A stretch of 64,000 nucleotides of DNA from Mytilus edulis (taxonomy: Eukaryota). The position numbers and the translations under genes are program-made. The notes beneath the pieces are model-generated. The model had not been told where the DNA came from and did no database searches. It saw only the letters and a list, made by a program, of their open reading frames with translations. This document shows, one piece after another, positions 50,867-64,000 of this stretch (positions within the stretch are counted from its first letter, which is position 1; every line of letters starts with the position of its first letter). The stretch spans positions 47,988,001 through 48,052,000 of the forward strand of contig NC_092346.1 in the NCBI RefSeq assembly GCF_963676685.1, given 5' to 3'.

Positions 50867-52879
50867 TCTATAAGAACCGAAACATAGCTTCAATAAAAAA
50901 AGTACACCAAATTTGTATAAAACCTGACAGGCCAACAAAGCTACTCGGTAAAAAAATAACTTCGGAGTAATGTCACTTTATAACATTAATGTATATAGGT
51001 GATTTTTTTTTTACAAAAATACTAAACTACAAAATGGAGTGCATATTATATTTATAATGAATAAAAAACAGACCTAGGACAAGTGCCTGTGAAAAAAAGA
51101 AGTGCTTGTACAGCAATTTTGAACTAGTAAATTTATCATTTTTGGAAAGTAAAAAATGTATATGTTAAATTGGACAATCTTAACATAGAGTGCGAACGTT
51201 GGCTTTTTATGAGACATGCAATGGCAAAATGTGAGTCTAAGGTATCGACATGCATAACAGTTAATAGAATAAGAAAGTAATGAATAAAGTAGAATAATGT
51301 TCAGTCTTATCCATTTTTTCACTGTAAAACATAAAATAATAAACAAAAAATCGAACTCCGAGGAAACTTCCATGATGAAAAATGGTACATTCAAATGCTC
51401 AAACATATCAAACAAATTGACAACAACTGTCATATCCTGACTTGGAAAAGCCATTTTCTTATGTAGAAAATGGTAGATTAATCCCTGTTGTGCAGCTAGA
51501 TGAACCTTTCACTTTTATGACAGTCGAATAGATTTTAGTATATTGTCTTAGATTGACAACTAATTACTACCACTTATTGCTTTTACAAAACTATAGATAC
51601 TTGATTTCGTGGTTTTGTACAAGTCTCCACACTAGTATATATATAAAATTTAACGCCGAAATAAATGGTTTCATCTTTTCTCAAGAAAATTAGCTCTCGA
51701 CGAATAATAATAAATCAACACATGAATGCTTAGACTTCAAAGACACAATGTGTCAGAGGGTTCGTATAAATAGTACTAATCATTGTATTTTTTTTTTTAT
51801 CACATTCCTATAAATAGATCAATGATATGATCCATTTTATCTTTACCTCAATTTCATCAAATTAATTCATAGTTCAATTATGAATTCTCTCGGTTAAAGT
51901 TGATCTTATACAATATAAAAAATCCAATGTATCCGAGATTCAAAATTCTTCAGGATACTAGTTTAATAAACATTTCTCATACAAACAACAATCTACAAAT
52001 GTTGGTTCCTATCGTCATTAGCTGCAATACTATACAATTACTGTCTTTTGATGACAGTAATTGTTTTATTCCATATTCCGAGAAAAAGTATTCAATGACA
52101 AACATTTACCAAAACAAATTTAACAAAAATTGCATGTAAAAGCGTGTGACGTTTAGCGCGGTGAATAACACTTTCTCAGGTGAATATGCTTTTTTATTAA
52201 AAATATATTTATTCATATAGGGAAACCTACTAAAATAATACAAATATGTAATATACTGCATGTAAAAACCAGTTTTTATGTGTATTATGTGCAAATACAT
52301 GAGAACCATAGGGAACTATATTTTAGTGTGAATACATTTAGTAACAGTAGGTAACCTGTCCTGTTGTTAGGGAGGGTGGTGCCTAAGTAAAGATTTAGAA
52401 CAAGTTCTAATCTTTCCAAAAATAAAACTCAACAACCAAAAATGTACCTAATCACTGAAATACTGTACCGTCTGGATTATACATTTACCACTACAATTCT
52501 GATGTTTCAGTGTTGAAGACGCTGTAAAAATGACTTCTTAATTAAGTTTGCAATCATTTCTGAAAATATCATATGCAACGGGGAGACTGGGTATAGAAAT
52601 ATATTCATCCTTAGACTAGCCAGTCGTGAGGTAAAACACCTTACTTAATGGGGCTTCTGTTTGTCTGAGCAGGGCATTAGATATTTAACAATGTCCGGGC
52701 GGAATGGTGTTCTTTAATTTGATGACTTGAGTATATCGCTTCAAAATATATCTGGCAGGGGGTCTACAGGTGGCTTGTTGTAACGAAAAATCCCTGTCCC
52801 TACAAAAAACCACCACACGCTCAAATATATCGCCTGTTTTACACATTTACAAGTATCACATAGACTTAAAATTATCAAT

Positions 52880-54295
52880 AATAGTTTGACACTTAGGTCG
52901 AGGTCAGATGAACAATGCCAACCAGACATGTACACCTAACAATCGGTCCATTATCCAAATATATTTGCCCTATTGCTTATAACATCTAATGTTTACAATC
53001 AGGAACAGTTTCAAAATATTGACCAAAGAACTATGAAATTGATGTCAAGGTCAGATGAACCCTATCAGACATGTGTCCCTTGCAACCTTTCCAAAAGCAG
53101 CAAGTGGCCCTCCACTTTTGAAAAATAAAACGCAAAAAATTATGAAAATATCCCCCCCCCCCATTTTTAACCCCCTTTTAGTAATTACCACCAAACTCAA
53201 TCCCAGCTTTCCCTTTGTGGTATGGTACCTTGCAGTACAATTTCAAGTAATTGTCTTGAAACTAGAAAATGCTTCATTTTTTACACCTTTTAAGCCCTTA
53301 ATTCCTGAACGTTTGGAGCAATTACCACCAAACTTGATGACCTCCCTTTATTGTATGATACGTTGTATTACAATTTCAGAGAGATCCTTACGCTTAAACA
53401 CAAGTTATTGTCTGGAAACTAGAAAAATATGTTTTGCTCCTAATTCCTGAAGGTTTAGGGCAATTACCCCAAAACTAAATCCTCCAGAACACAAACAAAA
53501 AGTTTTGTCATAAACCTGTTAACTATGTAAAAGTTTCAGTCAATGAGCTATGATGAGGGGGTGGGGGCTATATAATCTCCATAGAAATGATACTTGCAAA
53601 TGCCTTAAACTTGCAAAACAAATACCATTGACTTAACATTAGAAGTTCATCTTATACTGATCTAATCACAAACTTATACAGGTAAACTAAGCAAAAGATT
53701 TAAAGTCAACAGACCATGACTGGGGGTATGAGCCAAATACTCGCCATAGAAATGAGATGTGCTAATTCTAGTACAACTAAATACCAACATGCATTCTTTG
53801 AGTATGGCATGACATTACATAGTCCTCTACCAGTTAAAAATTCAATGTAATGGAACAAAATTCTAACTTGATCTATAACTTTTCCTGATGAAACTTCATA
53901 AAATTATTAACAAGCCTACCACTAAATTCTTCAATTAATATTCAATAGAAAAGGTAAAAAAAAAACAATTTTCATTTAGTTTAATATAATGTCTTTTACA
54001 AATCTTTTAAATGATGAGGTATTTCCATTTGAACAGAAATCTAGTAATAAATAAGTATTACATTAAAAATTTAATTCGAGGGAAAGGGCTTTAACTGAAC
54101 AATGAGAAAAGATTAAATCAACAAAATCAACTTGTCATGATAAAACAATACACCAAATATCAAATCAATTTCTTGAAGCATGAAGAAGAAAAGTCTGGAA
54201 AACTGATTTGCCAGACTGACGAATGGATAGACAGACTGACAGAGTGCAAACCTAAAGTCCCCTTCGACTTTGTTGATAGAGGATTTACTAATATA
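52880..54295. repeat. Degraded Helentron-like repeat cluster
   Basis: AAGGTCAGATGAAC motifs, internal tandem units (CAATTACC.CCAAA, GAAACTAGAAAA) and GACAGAC-type microsatellite ends. Confidence 0.4.
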
Positions 54296-57200
54296 AGCCT
54301 ACCATTATTAGGGACGACATCAAAAGTTCAATGTAAGATAAAAAAACTTAATTCACATAGTTTTATCACTGACCCCCACACCCCCCTCTTAACTTAATTT
54401 GGGAAAAATTGATTTACCAATAGGGATATATGTAAAAATCGATTTTAGATATACAAAACTTGCAAAATTACCATGGAAGATACTGTAAACCAACTTATTT
54501 TCACTAGCTATTTATTTCCACAACTCGTTTCAGCGCTCCTACTTATGGTAATAGATATATTAACTAAGGTTAACATCAAAACCAAGATAAACTTGAAGGC
54601 AAACTTGAACAAAGTCACTGAACTATGAAATATGACTCCAATTTATAGATGTATACTGATATTTGGTTGTGAAGGACTATACACATGTCTATGGGTACAC
54701 AGTGTAAAACACGTCTTGTGCAAAAGTTAAGGTAGAACTAGTATCCATTTTCACTACATATAAAAACAAAACTTAAATCTCAATTTGTTTTATTAATTTT
54801 TTTATATAAAACTTTTGTAATATTTCATAAATATATCATATTTTAACCAAACTGTATATAAATATTCCCACCTCTGCTTTAAAAAAACTGAATTTAAAAC
54901 AGAGTTGCTTCCCCTATCTGTGCCATAAACAAATTAAACCTCACTAAATAAAAAAAAATATAGTATATATCCTTACAATGATAAATTCCTAGCACAGATC
55001 TTTGATTGTAGTAAATAATAACTAACAATATTTTCCTACATGCTCATTTATATAGCATTGATAAAATTCCAATTAATATTTATGGTAAAAATATTCAATA
55101 GGCACATCCCATATTTGTGTGGATGCAAATGCAAAAAAAAAGTTAAATTGCCAAATAATTCAACAAGAAAATATATTAAGGGCTCCTAAAAATGTTAGGT
55201 GTTATCATGAACATTTATGCATGTATGATCTATGAAAGCAAAGATGTGTCTTTCAGACATGGATGACAGCCATTAATAAAATTTCAAGTAAATGCTACTA
55301 CTTTGGCTTTAAGGCAACTGTAGCCTGTCAAGCATACATGAACAATGTAGGTCATGATGATCTAAATGTTATAGAATAGTATTACATAAACTATAAAACA
55401 TTGTAGAAATATGACACTATTATCAACTATGACACATATCTATATTAAGGACCTATTGTGGCACAAGAAAAGTCCCAAAAACAAAAGCTATTAAAATTGA
55501 CTGGGTAAAGTCATAGATATTGGTACATCAGATATTTATAGCATACTGCAAATTATCTAATGATAATTTTATAATGAAATACTGTCATATGTATGGTATG
55601 CTCTGGCAGTTCGAACTTTGCTTTATGAAAATGAATATATATTTAATAAATTTGTTAACCTTGTGGACATAAATTGAACTACAGACAACCAAAATTTCAA
55701 CAGGACTAAAGATATGTATTTGAATTGAATGTAACTTTAATAACAGCAGAGTGAAATTTTGTTGAAGAATTACTTTGGAGTTGAAATGGTTTGAGACAGT
55801 TATTTTTTTTATATATCTGATTGGTTCCAGGCAAATTGAAACTTTAAAACACCTCAAGTCTGAAACGCATGTCAAAATGACCCAGAAGTTGGTCAAGACG
55901 AATTCACTGTATAAGAGAAACATAGCCTTTCTATGAACCTTCATGTAAATCACAGAAATATAATCTCATAGACTTGTAAAGAATTATTACTACTTCTACA
56001 ATGAAAAAAGTCATCTTTGGTGTATTGTAATTCCTATTTTCTTTCTTTCATTCATAATTTTGATTATTTAATTAGATCAGATAAAACAAAGACAATCTAT
56101 AGCTCTTCAGACTATTTTGTTCAGACTTAATATGAATTTTAAGCTGTGTAATTTATTTTTACTAATTTGAATAACAAATACTTATTAGTAATGAAGATGT
56201 ATCTCTCACCTATCTTTTTCTCAGAAAATCCATGAAAGAACTGCAAAAACATAGAAAAAATGTATGTAATAATAAATTTTTCATTTTCCTGATTATCAAT
56301 ATTACAGTTAATTTATTCAATGAGAAAATGAAACGTAGAGTTTAGGTAAATGAGTAAGCAAACCAGCGACACAATAAACCAATTGACACCTTCTTCAACA
56401 AAATTTATTTTCTTCACATAAAAACAAGTATGAAATTAGTCTAAGACATGGAAAATAGAATCATAAATTGTTGAACTAAATTAGGACTAAAAAAGCAAGT
56501 TGATATGATCAAGCAACCACAACTCATCTATATAGCTTCAAAAATTATTTCAAAATTATGATTGATGTCCTGGGATTTAAACAAAACCAAGCCATACAAA
56601 TGTTTAATCAGTTTCTACATTCTCATTGTCAAATTTGGAGGGTGGGCTTTATTCTGGTATTATAACAAAGGATTTTCTATTTACATGTCATAACTTATGA
56701 TTAAAAAAAGACTGAGCATGGTCTGGAAAAAATGAGAAAGTTATATATTTCACCTTTTTTTTGCTTTTTCTTTTGAAAAATTAAAGTCAACACTTATCAC
56801 AAACATAAACAAAGCAATAAGCAACTGAATAACATAATATACAATTCAATTAAAGTTGCACCAATATGTGAATTGGTGTATAACACTAATTACAGAGTCA
56901 CAGAATGATAAATTAACACTTGGTTCACCATATACAAAGCAACAAAAAAATATCAAAAATCAGATTTAAACAAAAATTTGTTTACATTCATTTTATAGTA
57001 AAATAATTTGCATATTTTATATGTTATTTTATTAAATGTTTATTATCTAAAATATTCAAACATTTTTTTGTTCATCAATGTAATTATATGGCTTATAGTT
57101 TAATAGCTGCAAAGGGTCATGTTCTTGTAAAATAATAAAATTCCTAAAAAAAAATCTAGATATGTATCTTTGTAATAGACCATGGAAAGAAGAGTAATTT

Positions 57201-57720
57201 TACCCCAAAATTGTTTTTGAAATTTGTTTTTCTTGCCCTTGTTCTCAATCTTAAATTTCGTAATATATGTTTCAGATATTTGACCAAACATCCAATAAGA
57301 TAAGATTTCATATTAAAAACTTTTACTGTAATAGCAATGTATTTCAGTTATTTTGAAACCAAGTACATTACCAAATGAAAATGACAACAAACATAAAAAT
57401 TTCTCCATTTCAAATAGTTCTTCATTTGAAATTGTACACATTTTGATTTTACATAGTAAATACACCATTTACAGAATAAAAACATTAAGTCTGGCAAATA
57501 AATAAAAGTAATACATGTTCACAATGCAACCAGCAACAAAAACACATGTAGCTGTCTTATGTCAATAATTGATGCATCCTAAAATTTCCCTTCTGGCATT
57601 TTCAATGTCTCATGCAGGAAATTGTAGGTATAAAATCCCAGGTTTTGGTGGTAAAATAATGCACATCGATCATGCAAAATGCAGTAGACAACACGAAAAT
57701 AAAAAGAGACGGAGTTTGTA

Positions 57721-57788
57721 TTAACATGCACAGCCTCCTTCTTTTGCTTCTGGCTCCGATGGTGTGTCTTTTAATCTAACCTCCGTCA
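57721..57788 (-). CDS. RAB6: Rab6 last coding exon
   Basis: (M)TEVRLKDTPSEPEAKEGGCAC*, ending in a CxC geranylgeranylation motif; acceptor TTCCTTAACTATTTTCTCAG. Confidence 0.9.
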
Positions 57789-59054
57789 CTGAGAAAATAG
57801 TTAAGGAAAAAGAAACAAACAAAATTCAAATTTTACAACATTTAAAGCTTTTTTTGTACTAAAAGCAAACAAGTAAATGTAAATGAGTTATACAGATACT
57901 TTTACTTAATGGATTTCTGGTTGACAGTGAAAAATCATTTTTTAGATTTTGAATCAAATAATTGCATTTAGAAAAAATATTTTTGGTATTTTTCATTAAA
58001 TCAAATTCAATAAGCTGAATTGTATTTTGATGCATTTTTAACTTTATGTATATTATTCTATTAAAAGTTAAAAGAAGTTAGGCTGCTGCTACAAGCATTA
58101 TGTGCCAAAATGCATTTTCATCTAGAGGATTTAGTGTGGGAGTAATATGCCTCTACAACATGCTTCAAATCAGATTTATTTTTCAAAGGTGTTACAGCAT
58201 GCAGATCAGCTTTTAAAAAAAACACTAAAATAACATTGACAATTTGGTTTTGTTTTTTAAACAATTAAGTGAAATAAATAGTTTACTATACATTTGTTTG
58301 AAAACTTTAAGCAACATAAAATAATGCACACGACTGCAGCTAAAAATGCAAATCAAGATACAAATCACTAATAAAATTGACTTTTTTACCTTCATTATCC
58401 TCTTCATTGCTAAAGGCCTGAAATTTCTGTTTCAAATATTTTGGGGAATTGTAAATGACAGTATAACATCCACATTGCTAATGGATCTTAGTAATGCACA
58501 CTATAACTTTCGTAATAAATTATAAAGGTATCGTAATTAAGCATTAAGCTTCCTCCACTGTTTGACTGTTATATTAAATGAGAAACATTCCTTATATTGA
58601 GACAATCAGCCACAATAATCTGAGATGTACCTTTATCACTTTAGTACATGTACAGACACACTTACAATAATACTTATCACTCATATAACCTTACTTTTGA
58701 GGAACAAATTTGTCTATAAGTAGTGATTTCTAATGTCATTTTTTTCATGAAATTTTCCATGCAACCTGTATATTTTCAAAGAGTCGGCAAAAAAAAACTA
58801 ATTTTATTTTGTAGACTTGTCTCTAATCTACATGTATATATCTGATGTTTAAGTTGGATAAAAGTGGAGATACACCTTTAACATGTTTAGAATTCTTCCA
58901 TATACATGTATTGGATTTTTTTTATATCAACCTTTTTGGCAGAAATTTATATCAGTTGAAATTTATCCTTGAAATCTTCAGCTTGCAAAAAAATACCTAA
59001 ATCCCCATAGATGCTCAACTTTGTATGCGTAAAATTTAAAAAACAAAAGGATAC
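57789..59054 (-). other. U12-type (minor spliceosome) GT-AG intron in Rab6
   Basis: 5' splice site GTATCCTTT, and branch site TTCCTTAAC at 57808-57800 about 12 nt from the AG. Confidence 0.88.
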
Positions 59055-59118
59055 TCTCTCCTTTAGGTTTATCTGTTTGTTCCATTCCAGGTAATGCAGC
59101 AGCCACTCGTCTAAATAA
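59055..59118 (-). CDS. RAB6: Rab6 exon
   Basis: TTTGTAG|LFRRVAAALPGMEQTDKPKGE, followed by donor GTATCCTTT. Confidence 0.93.
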
Positions 59119-59405
59119 CTACAAATACAAATATACACAGATTACTTATGCTCAAATGAGTTGATAATTTTTTAAAGTGGACTGCTGATTCTTTGGTAAA
59201 ACTTATTGAAAATTGAAAGATAAATGTTTGGGTCTTTTTTTGCTGAGAGCTTAGTGACAGTATCTAAGAACCAGAAATTTACATTCATGACATTATATGG
59301 CCTTAAAATTTCGTTTATTTGTTTGTTTCTCCCATGTTTGGAAAATATGTTTTTTGCCTGAAATAATTCATGCATGCATGTGTCTTTCAAATATACAACC
59401 AGTTA

Positions 59406-59624
<219 letters not shown>

Positions 59625-60419
59625 TCAGATAAGGCCATTTAAGATTTTTCTCCAACCAACCAACCTATTTTTTTTTTTTTAGAAATTTACTTTAAACATG
59701 TTGAAAGATGAATAAAGCAACCCACTCTCTGAATCAATACTTTTTCAAAGTCCCCAAACTGGTAAGTTTATTAATGTTTAACTTTACATTAGTGAAAATG
59801 TTGGGTATTTTTCAGCCACTGAATCACCGTCTAAAACAAATTTGAGAAAGCTCATTAACACAGTAATATATTCCTGCTACATGTATTTCATATCTGTATG
59901 GCATTTTGGAAAATCTTTTTGGAAGGACAGACAGTGATAAAATTTTAAATTAGCTAATTTTGACAGACCACCATTTTTTGCTTTTCCCAATAAAACAAAA
60001 ATAGCTGGAATCTATGTTTTAATTTGAACCTATATAGATCCATTTCAAAATTGATGAAATTTTAAAGGTAAAGACATTACAAATATGATGAAGTCTTAGG
60101 TATAATAGGCTTTATAAGAAATTACATCTAAAACGTAAGCTTGCAGTCCTTTGGCTAGTGTAAATGGTAAGTAAATTTGCACAGCATCATGTGACATTTC
60201 AAGTAGAGGAATTCAAAAGGACAAGATTTTACTCTTGTTTTTGTCTAAACTTTACAGTTGCATTGAAGTATGCCCCACATGCCCTTTTATTCATATTTTG
60301 GGAATTTACAGCTTTTAATGAATGTATTTGATTCATAAACATGATAGAACAGATTGTACTTAGTTATAGGTGGTTGCTTAAAGATTGTTGTTCTCCACTA
60401 TTGCACATGCTCGATTAAG

Positions 60420-61025
60420 TAGAGTGGGGTGCTCATTTTCGCCACATCTTTCCATGTTTTCTACAGTTTATGTTCAGGTCTAAATGTTTTTGAAGTATAC
60501 TGATATTTCTATATGAAGATCACTTCAAATGCAAAATATACTTAAGCTTGAAAACCGGTTTGTTATAAGAAAATCATCTGAAAAGTTAGATTAAAGGGTG
60601 TTTGAAATTTCCGGATGTTTTGTCAATGGGGGACACATATTCGCCGTTTTTACACATCTATTTAAAACCAAATAACCGCAGCTTTTAACAATTTTTATCA
60701 AATCAATTGCATGATAGATGAATAGCAGACATTCCAAAGGTATAAAGAATTCAAAATTAGGGCATTCAGTCAAATATTTACTTAGAAATACTTCTTTGAA
60801 ATCGTGTTTTTTATTCAGGAAATTGTCCGAAAATCGTTGTCCGTTTTTCGGTCATTTTCGGTAGGAGACGCAATTTTGTCTCAGTTTAAAAAAATATTAT
60901 ATTTGTTATAAAAATATAATTTACGGGTACATTTCTTCCATTTCAGCCATCCTTTGAAGTTTTTACACCTCAAAATCCTTAAACGGCGAAATTGTGTCCA
61001 CGGCGAAAATGAGCACCCCACTCTA
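60420..61025. mobile_element. TIR MITE in a Rab6 intron
   Basis: 24-bp perfect inverted ends TAGAGTGGGGTGCTCATTTTCGCC, possibly including a TA TSD. Confidence 0.75.
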
Positions 61026-61140
61026 GGTACCAATTTCTGATATGATGAAAATTTCTCTTCACGTTACTCTAGTGTGTATAAAAGGTATCAATAACCTTTA
61101 CCCTTTTTTTTAGTAATCAACATACTTCAACACAAGCTTA

Positions 61141-61281
<141 letters not shown>

Positions 61282-61310
61282 TTAAATATATTTACACTGT
61301 ACTTAAATCG

Positions 61311-61561
61311 TGGGCCATAAAAAAGAATAGGTTTGTTTGCCCAAATGCTACCTACTCAGAAAAAAGCTGCCTACTCAAATTCTTTTATTGTCCTGATTTG
61401 AAGAAGTTTTTTTTTAATCAGATAGGCATGAAGACTAATAAACACCCGATACTTCAATTTCTCTTTTAAAAAAAAAAGAAAAGAAAATGCCTACCTACCT
61501 ACCCACTATCTCAACCTTTGGGTAGGGTTTGGGCAAACCAAAATATTTTTAATTGTGGCCT
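61311..61561. mobile_element. Small MITE (GGCCA termini) in a Rab6 intron
   Basis: GGCCATAA..GTTTGCCCAAA / TTTGGGCAAAC..TTGTGGCC imperfect inverted ends. Confidence 0.5.
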
Positions 61562-64000
61562 TGTAACAAACATTTTACATATCTATTTGTGGTTTATTTT
61601 TATTGTTCACAGAAAGAAAATCCCAGAGCTCATTATTTATCTTCTTTGAAAAAAAGTTGAATTTGTCGCTATTTTCTCAAATTTTTGTTGTTGAATATTT
61701 TCCATCTCATACTCATAGAGACAATGAGAGAGGTACACAGATTGCCTTTTCTAGTTCAAGCAAAATGAGAATATTTAATGTCAGAAGCCTATATCATTGA
61801 TGTTGGCCTAGAAAAATAGTGATGAACATTTATTAATAGAGGCTTTCAAACTTTTACATCCTCTCTTTCAAAGAACAACTTCTACTTCATTTTGTCTCTG
61901 AATGAATGTTGTCTCATTGGCAACCATACTGTATCTTCATTTTGTTTTTAATCAGTAATCTTTGAGTATTGCAGTATTAAAGGAATAATCTTACATTTTC
62001 GCGGACAATGTTTTATTTTGATACTTCCTTTTTCTCTTTGATTATTTGCTTAGTTATGATGTATGAAATAAATTGCATTAAATATATTCATTTATCCATC
62101 ACATGAAAACTCAACTATATCATGTGTAAGGAAAGAATGTCAGTATAATATGGTAACATGATAGTTTATTCTTAGATGCATGATTTCTTTTATTAGTTAT
62201 TAGTGGCTTTGAACTAGCTGTCGGATAACTGTGAGTACTCTCAGATCTGTTCCAAGTGTCTTTTTGTTGTCTGGATGTACAAGCACTGTGTCTAAACCAC
62301 ACCGGCAAAATTTGCTCGGACTCGATGGTATCTAACATCCGGCACAATGACGGAACACCAATAAACAAAAGAAAGGTAGGTTTCTCCTTATTTTTTTTTA
62401 TTTTTTTATGATATCGAAGAATATATATACATATACAACTATTTTCTATTGTGAGATGCAATATTTTCTACAACCGTTCTATATTAACGGAAAAATAAGT
62501 CAAAATGCATGTCAAAATGACGAATTGAGTGAACCTTGTCTCGAAATTGTTTAATTTCTCGTTAAATTGTTCACATTGTACGGAAAGAAAGGTACGGGAA
62601 GATAGATATTGACACGGAGATTGCAAATTTAGTTATTATGAGCATTTCAATAATTGTATTTCTGTGTATGGAACGAAAGAAAAGGGTCATGTCAAATTAA
62701 AATAAACCGGTTTCGTCAATGTTGTTACTACACAATCACCCGGTTTCGTCTATATATATCACCCGTTTTTTTTGGGTTTTTTTAACAAACAATTTATGAA
62801 AAGAAACTTTGGCACGGATCTGAACATTGTCTTTCGAGAATTTAAATATATATTTATTGTAAAGTAAACTTGGCGTGTTAAAATCTATTTTAAACGGGCA
62901 CTTTTGGACATAGTAAATTAAGATAATACACATTTTCCTAATGAAAGACGCATCCCTTATTTCACTTAACTTCAAACTAATTTTAAATGGAATATGAATA
63001 CTGAATAGCAAACACTGGTATCTAATTATTTTGTAACATTATTATATTTTCTTTGTTTATAATAGTAGTATGTAAAGATGAAAAATAAAAGGATGTGTTT
63101 TGATTGTGCCATAATTTTAATTTACTATACTATATTATATACACTTACTTTACAATATTTACTATCAATTATTAATACATTTATGCATTCAATCATTGAC
63201 GAACAGTCCCAAACCGACTATAGTCTATACTGTTCTGCACAAATTAATCATGCATGCAGTCCTGCCAGATTTTCTGGTACTACAAATGTATATATACTGT
63301 GTTACTTGCGCATTAAAGCGAGTTTTCACACTTAAGCATCCATAACATAGCAGTGAGATTTGTAACTTTCTCCCCGTTTCTGGTAGGCACATTTATTTTC
63401 ATAGGCATGTTTTTCACATTATTTTTACAGTTCAAATTCATTTTTCGTACATTTCAAATTCAATTGAAACTTCAAGATAACTTTCGAAAACAATATCTGA
63501 CAGTTTTGTATTTTCAATGTGAATAAAAGTTGGTTTGCAAAACATGACCGTCATTTATATCTAGGTCTTATTAAGAAGAAGTGACGGTAACCACTTATCC
63601 CATAAACATTGACAATGAGACAACTTTCTTTTAGACACAAAAATTATGTTGAATTAATTAAGTTTAGGTCAGTGTATGCCTTAAACAATGAGAAAAACAC
63701 ACAAACTGCATGAAAGCAAGCTATAACAGGGCCCTAAATTATAAATGTAAAACAATTCAAACAAGAAAACTACCTGCCTATTTTATGTTCAAAACGCATA
63801 TGGTATAAAGCAACCAAAGACAACCATGGAAGCGTGTGATTCGGGAATGGACTGAGTCAAAGTGTTGTCGCTAACACAAACAGTACAACAAAAGTACAAA
63901 TAATAAAAAATGATGAAAAAACCTTAACTCGTCCGATGACAGAGCCTGTATAGTAAATGCGCGATGTGTGCCAAAACTTGTATCATAGTTAAAATTATCC

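Noticed and set aside
52560-52830. Relatively GC-rich segment as a coding exon
   Set aside because: The frames examined contain stops and no recognisable domain; it is probably a TE fragment.
56210-56240. 31-nt minus-strand micro-exon (TTTGCAG...AG|GTGAG)
   Set aside because: It lies downstream of the Rab6 stop with no supporting partner exons, and such matches arise by chance in AT-rich DNA.

Overview
AT-rich eukaryotic genomic DNA with spliceosomal introns. The gene and repeat content resembles a bivalve mollusc, probably a Mytilus-type mussel (inference, not a database result). From 0.2 to 42.8 kb lies a minus-strand tandem array of six RING-less TRIM-like genes (B-box1, B-box2, coiled coil, NHL-like beta-propeller; one coding exon each): two intact, two broken only by in-frame stops, one with several lesions and one relic. 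Inside the array sits a three-coding-exon serum amyloid A (SAA) gene that the ORF track splits and partly misses: complement(join(13776..13965,14989..15099,17399..17706)), 202 aa. It has an unusual cationic Ser/Arg/Trp N-terminal extension with 11-mer repeats. The last four coding exons of Rab6 lie at 57.7-61.3 kb, and the last intron carries U12 (minor spliceosome) signals. Intergenic DNA contains minimal hammerhead-ribozyme repeats of retrozyme/Penelope type from two co-varying subfamilies, Penelope-like RT relics, many MITE/SINE/Helentron-like repeats, and a three-layer nest at 44.8-49.7 kb (CAC-terminal TIR element with 5-bp TSD, containing a LINE, containing a TTAA Kolobok-like MITE). No rRNA, clear tRNA or CRISPR was found.
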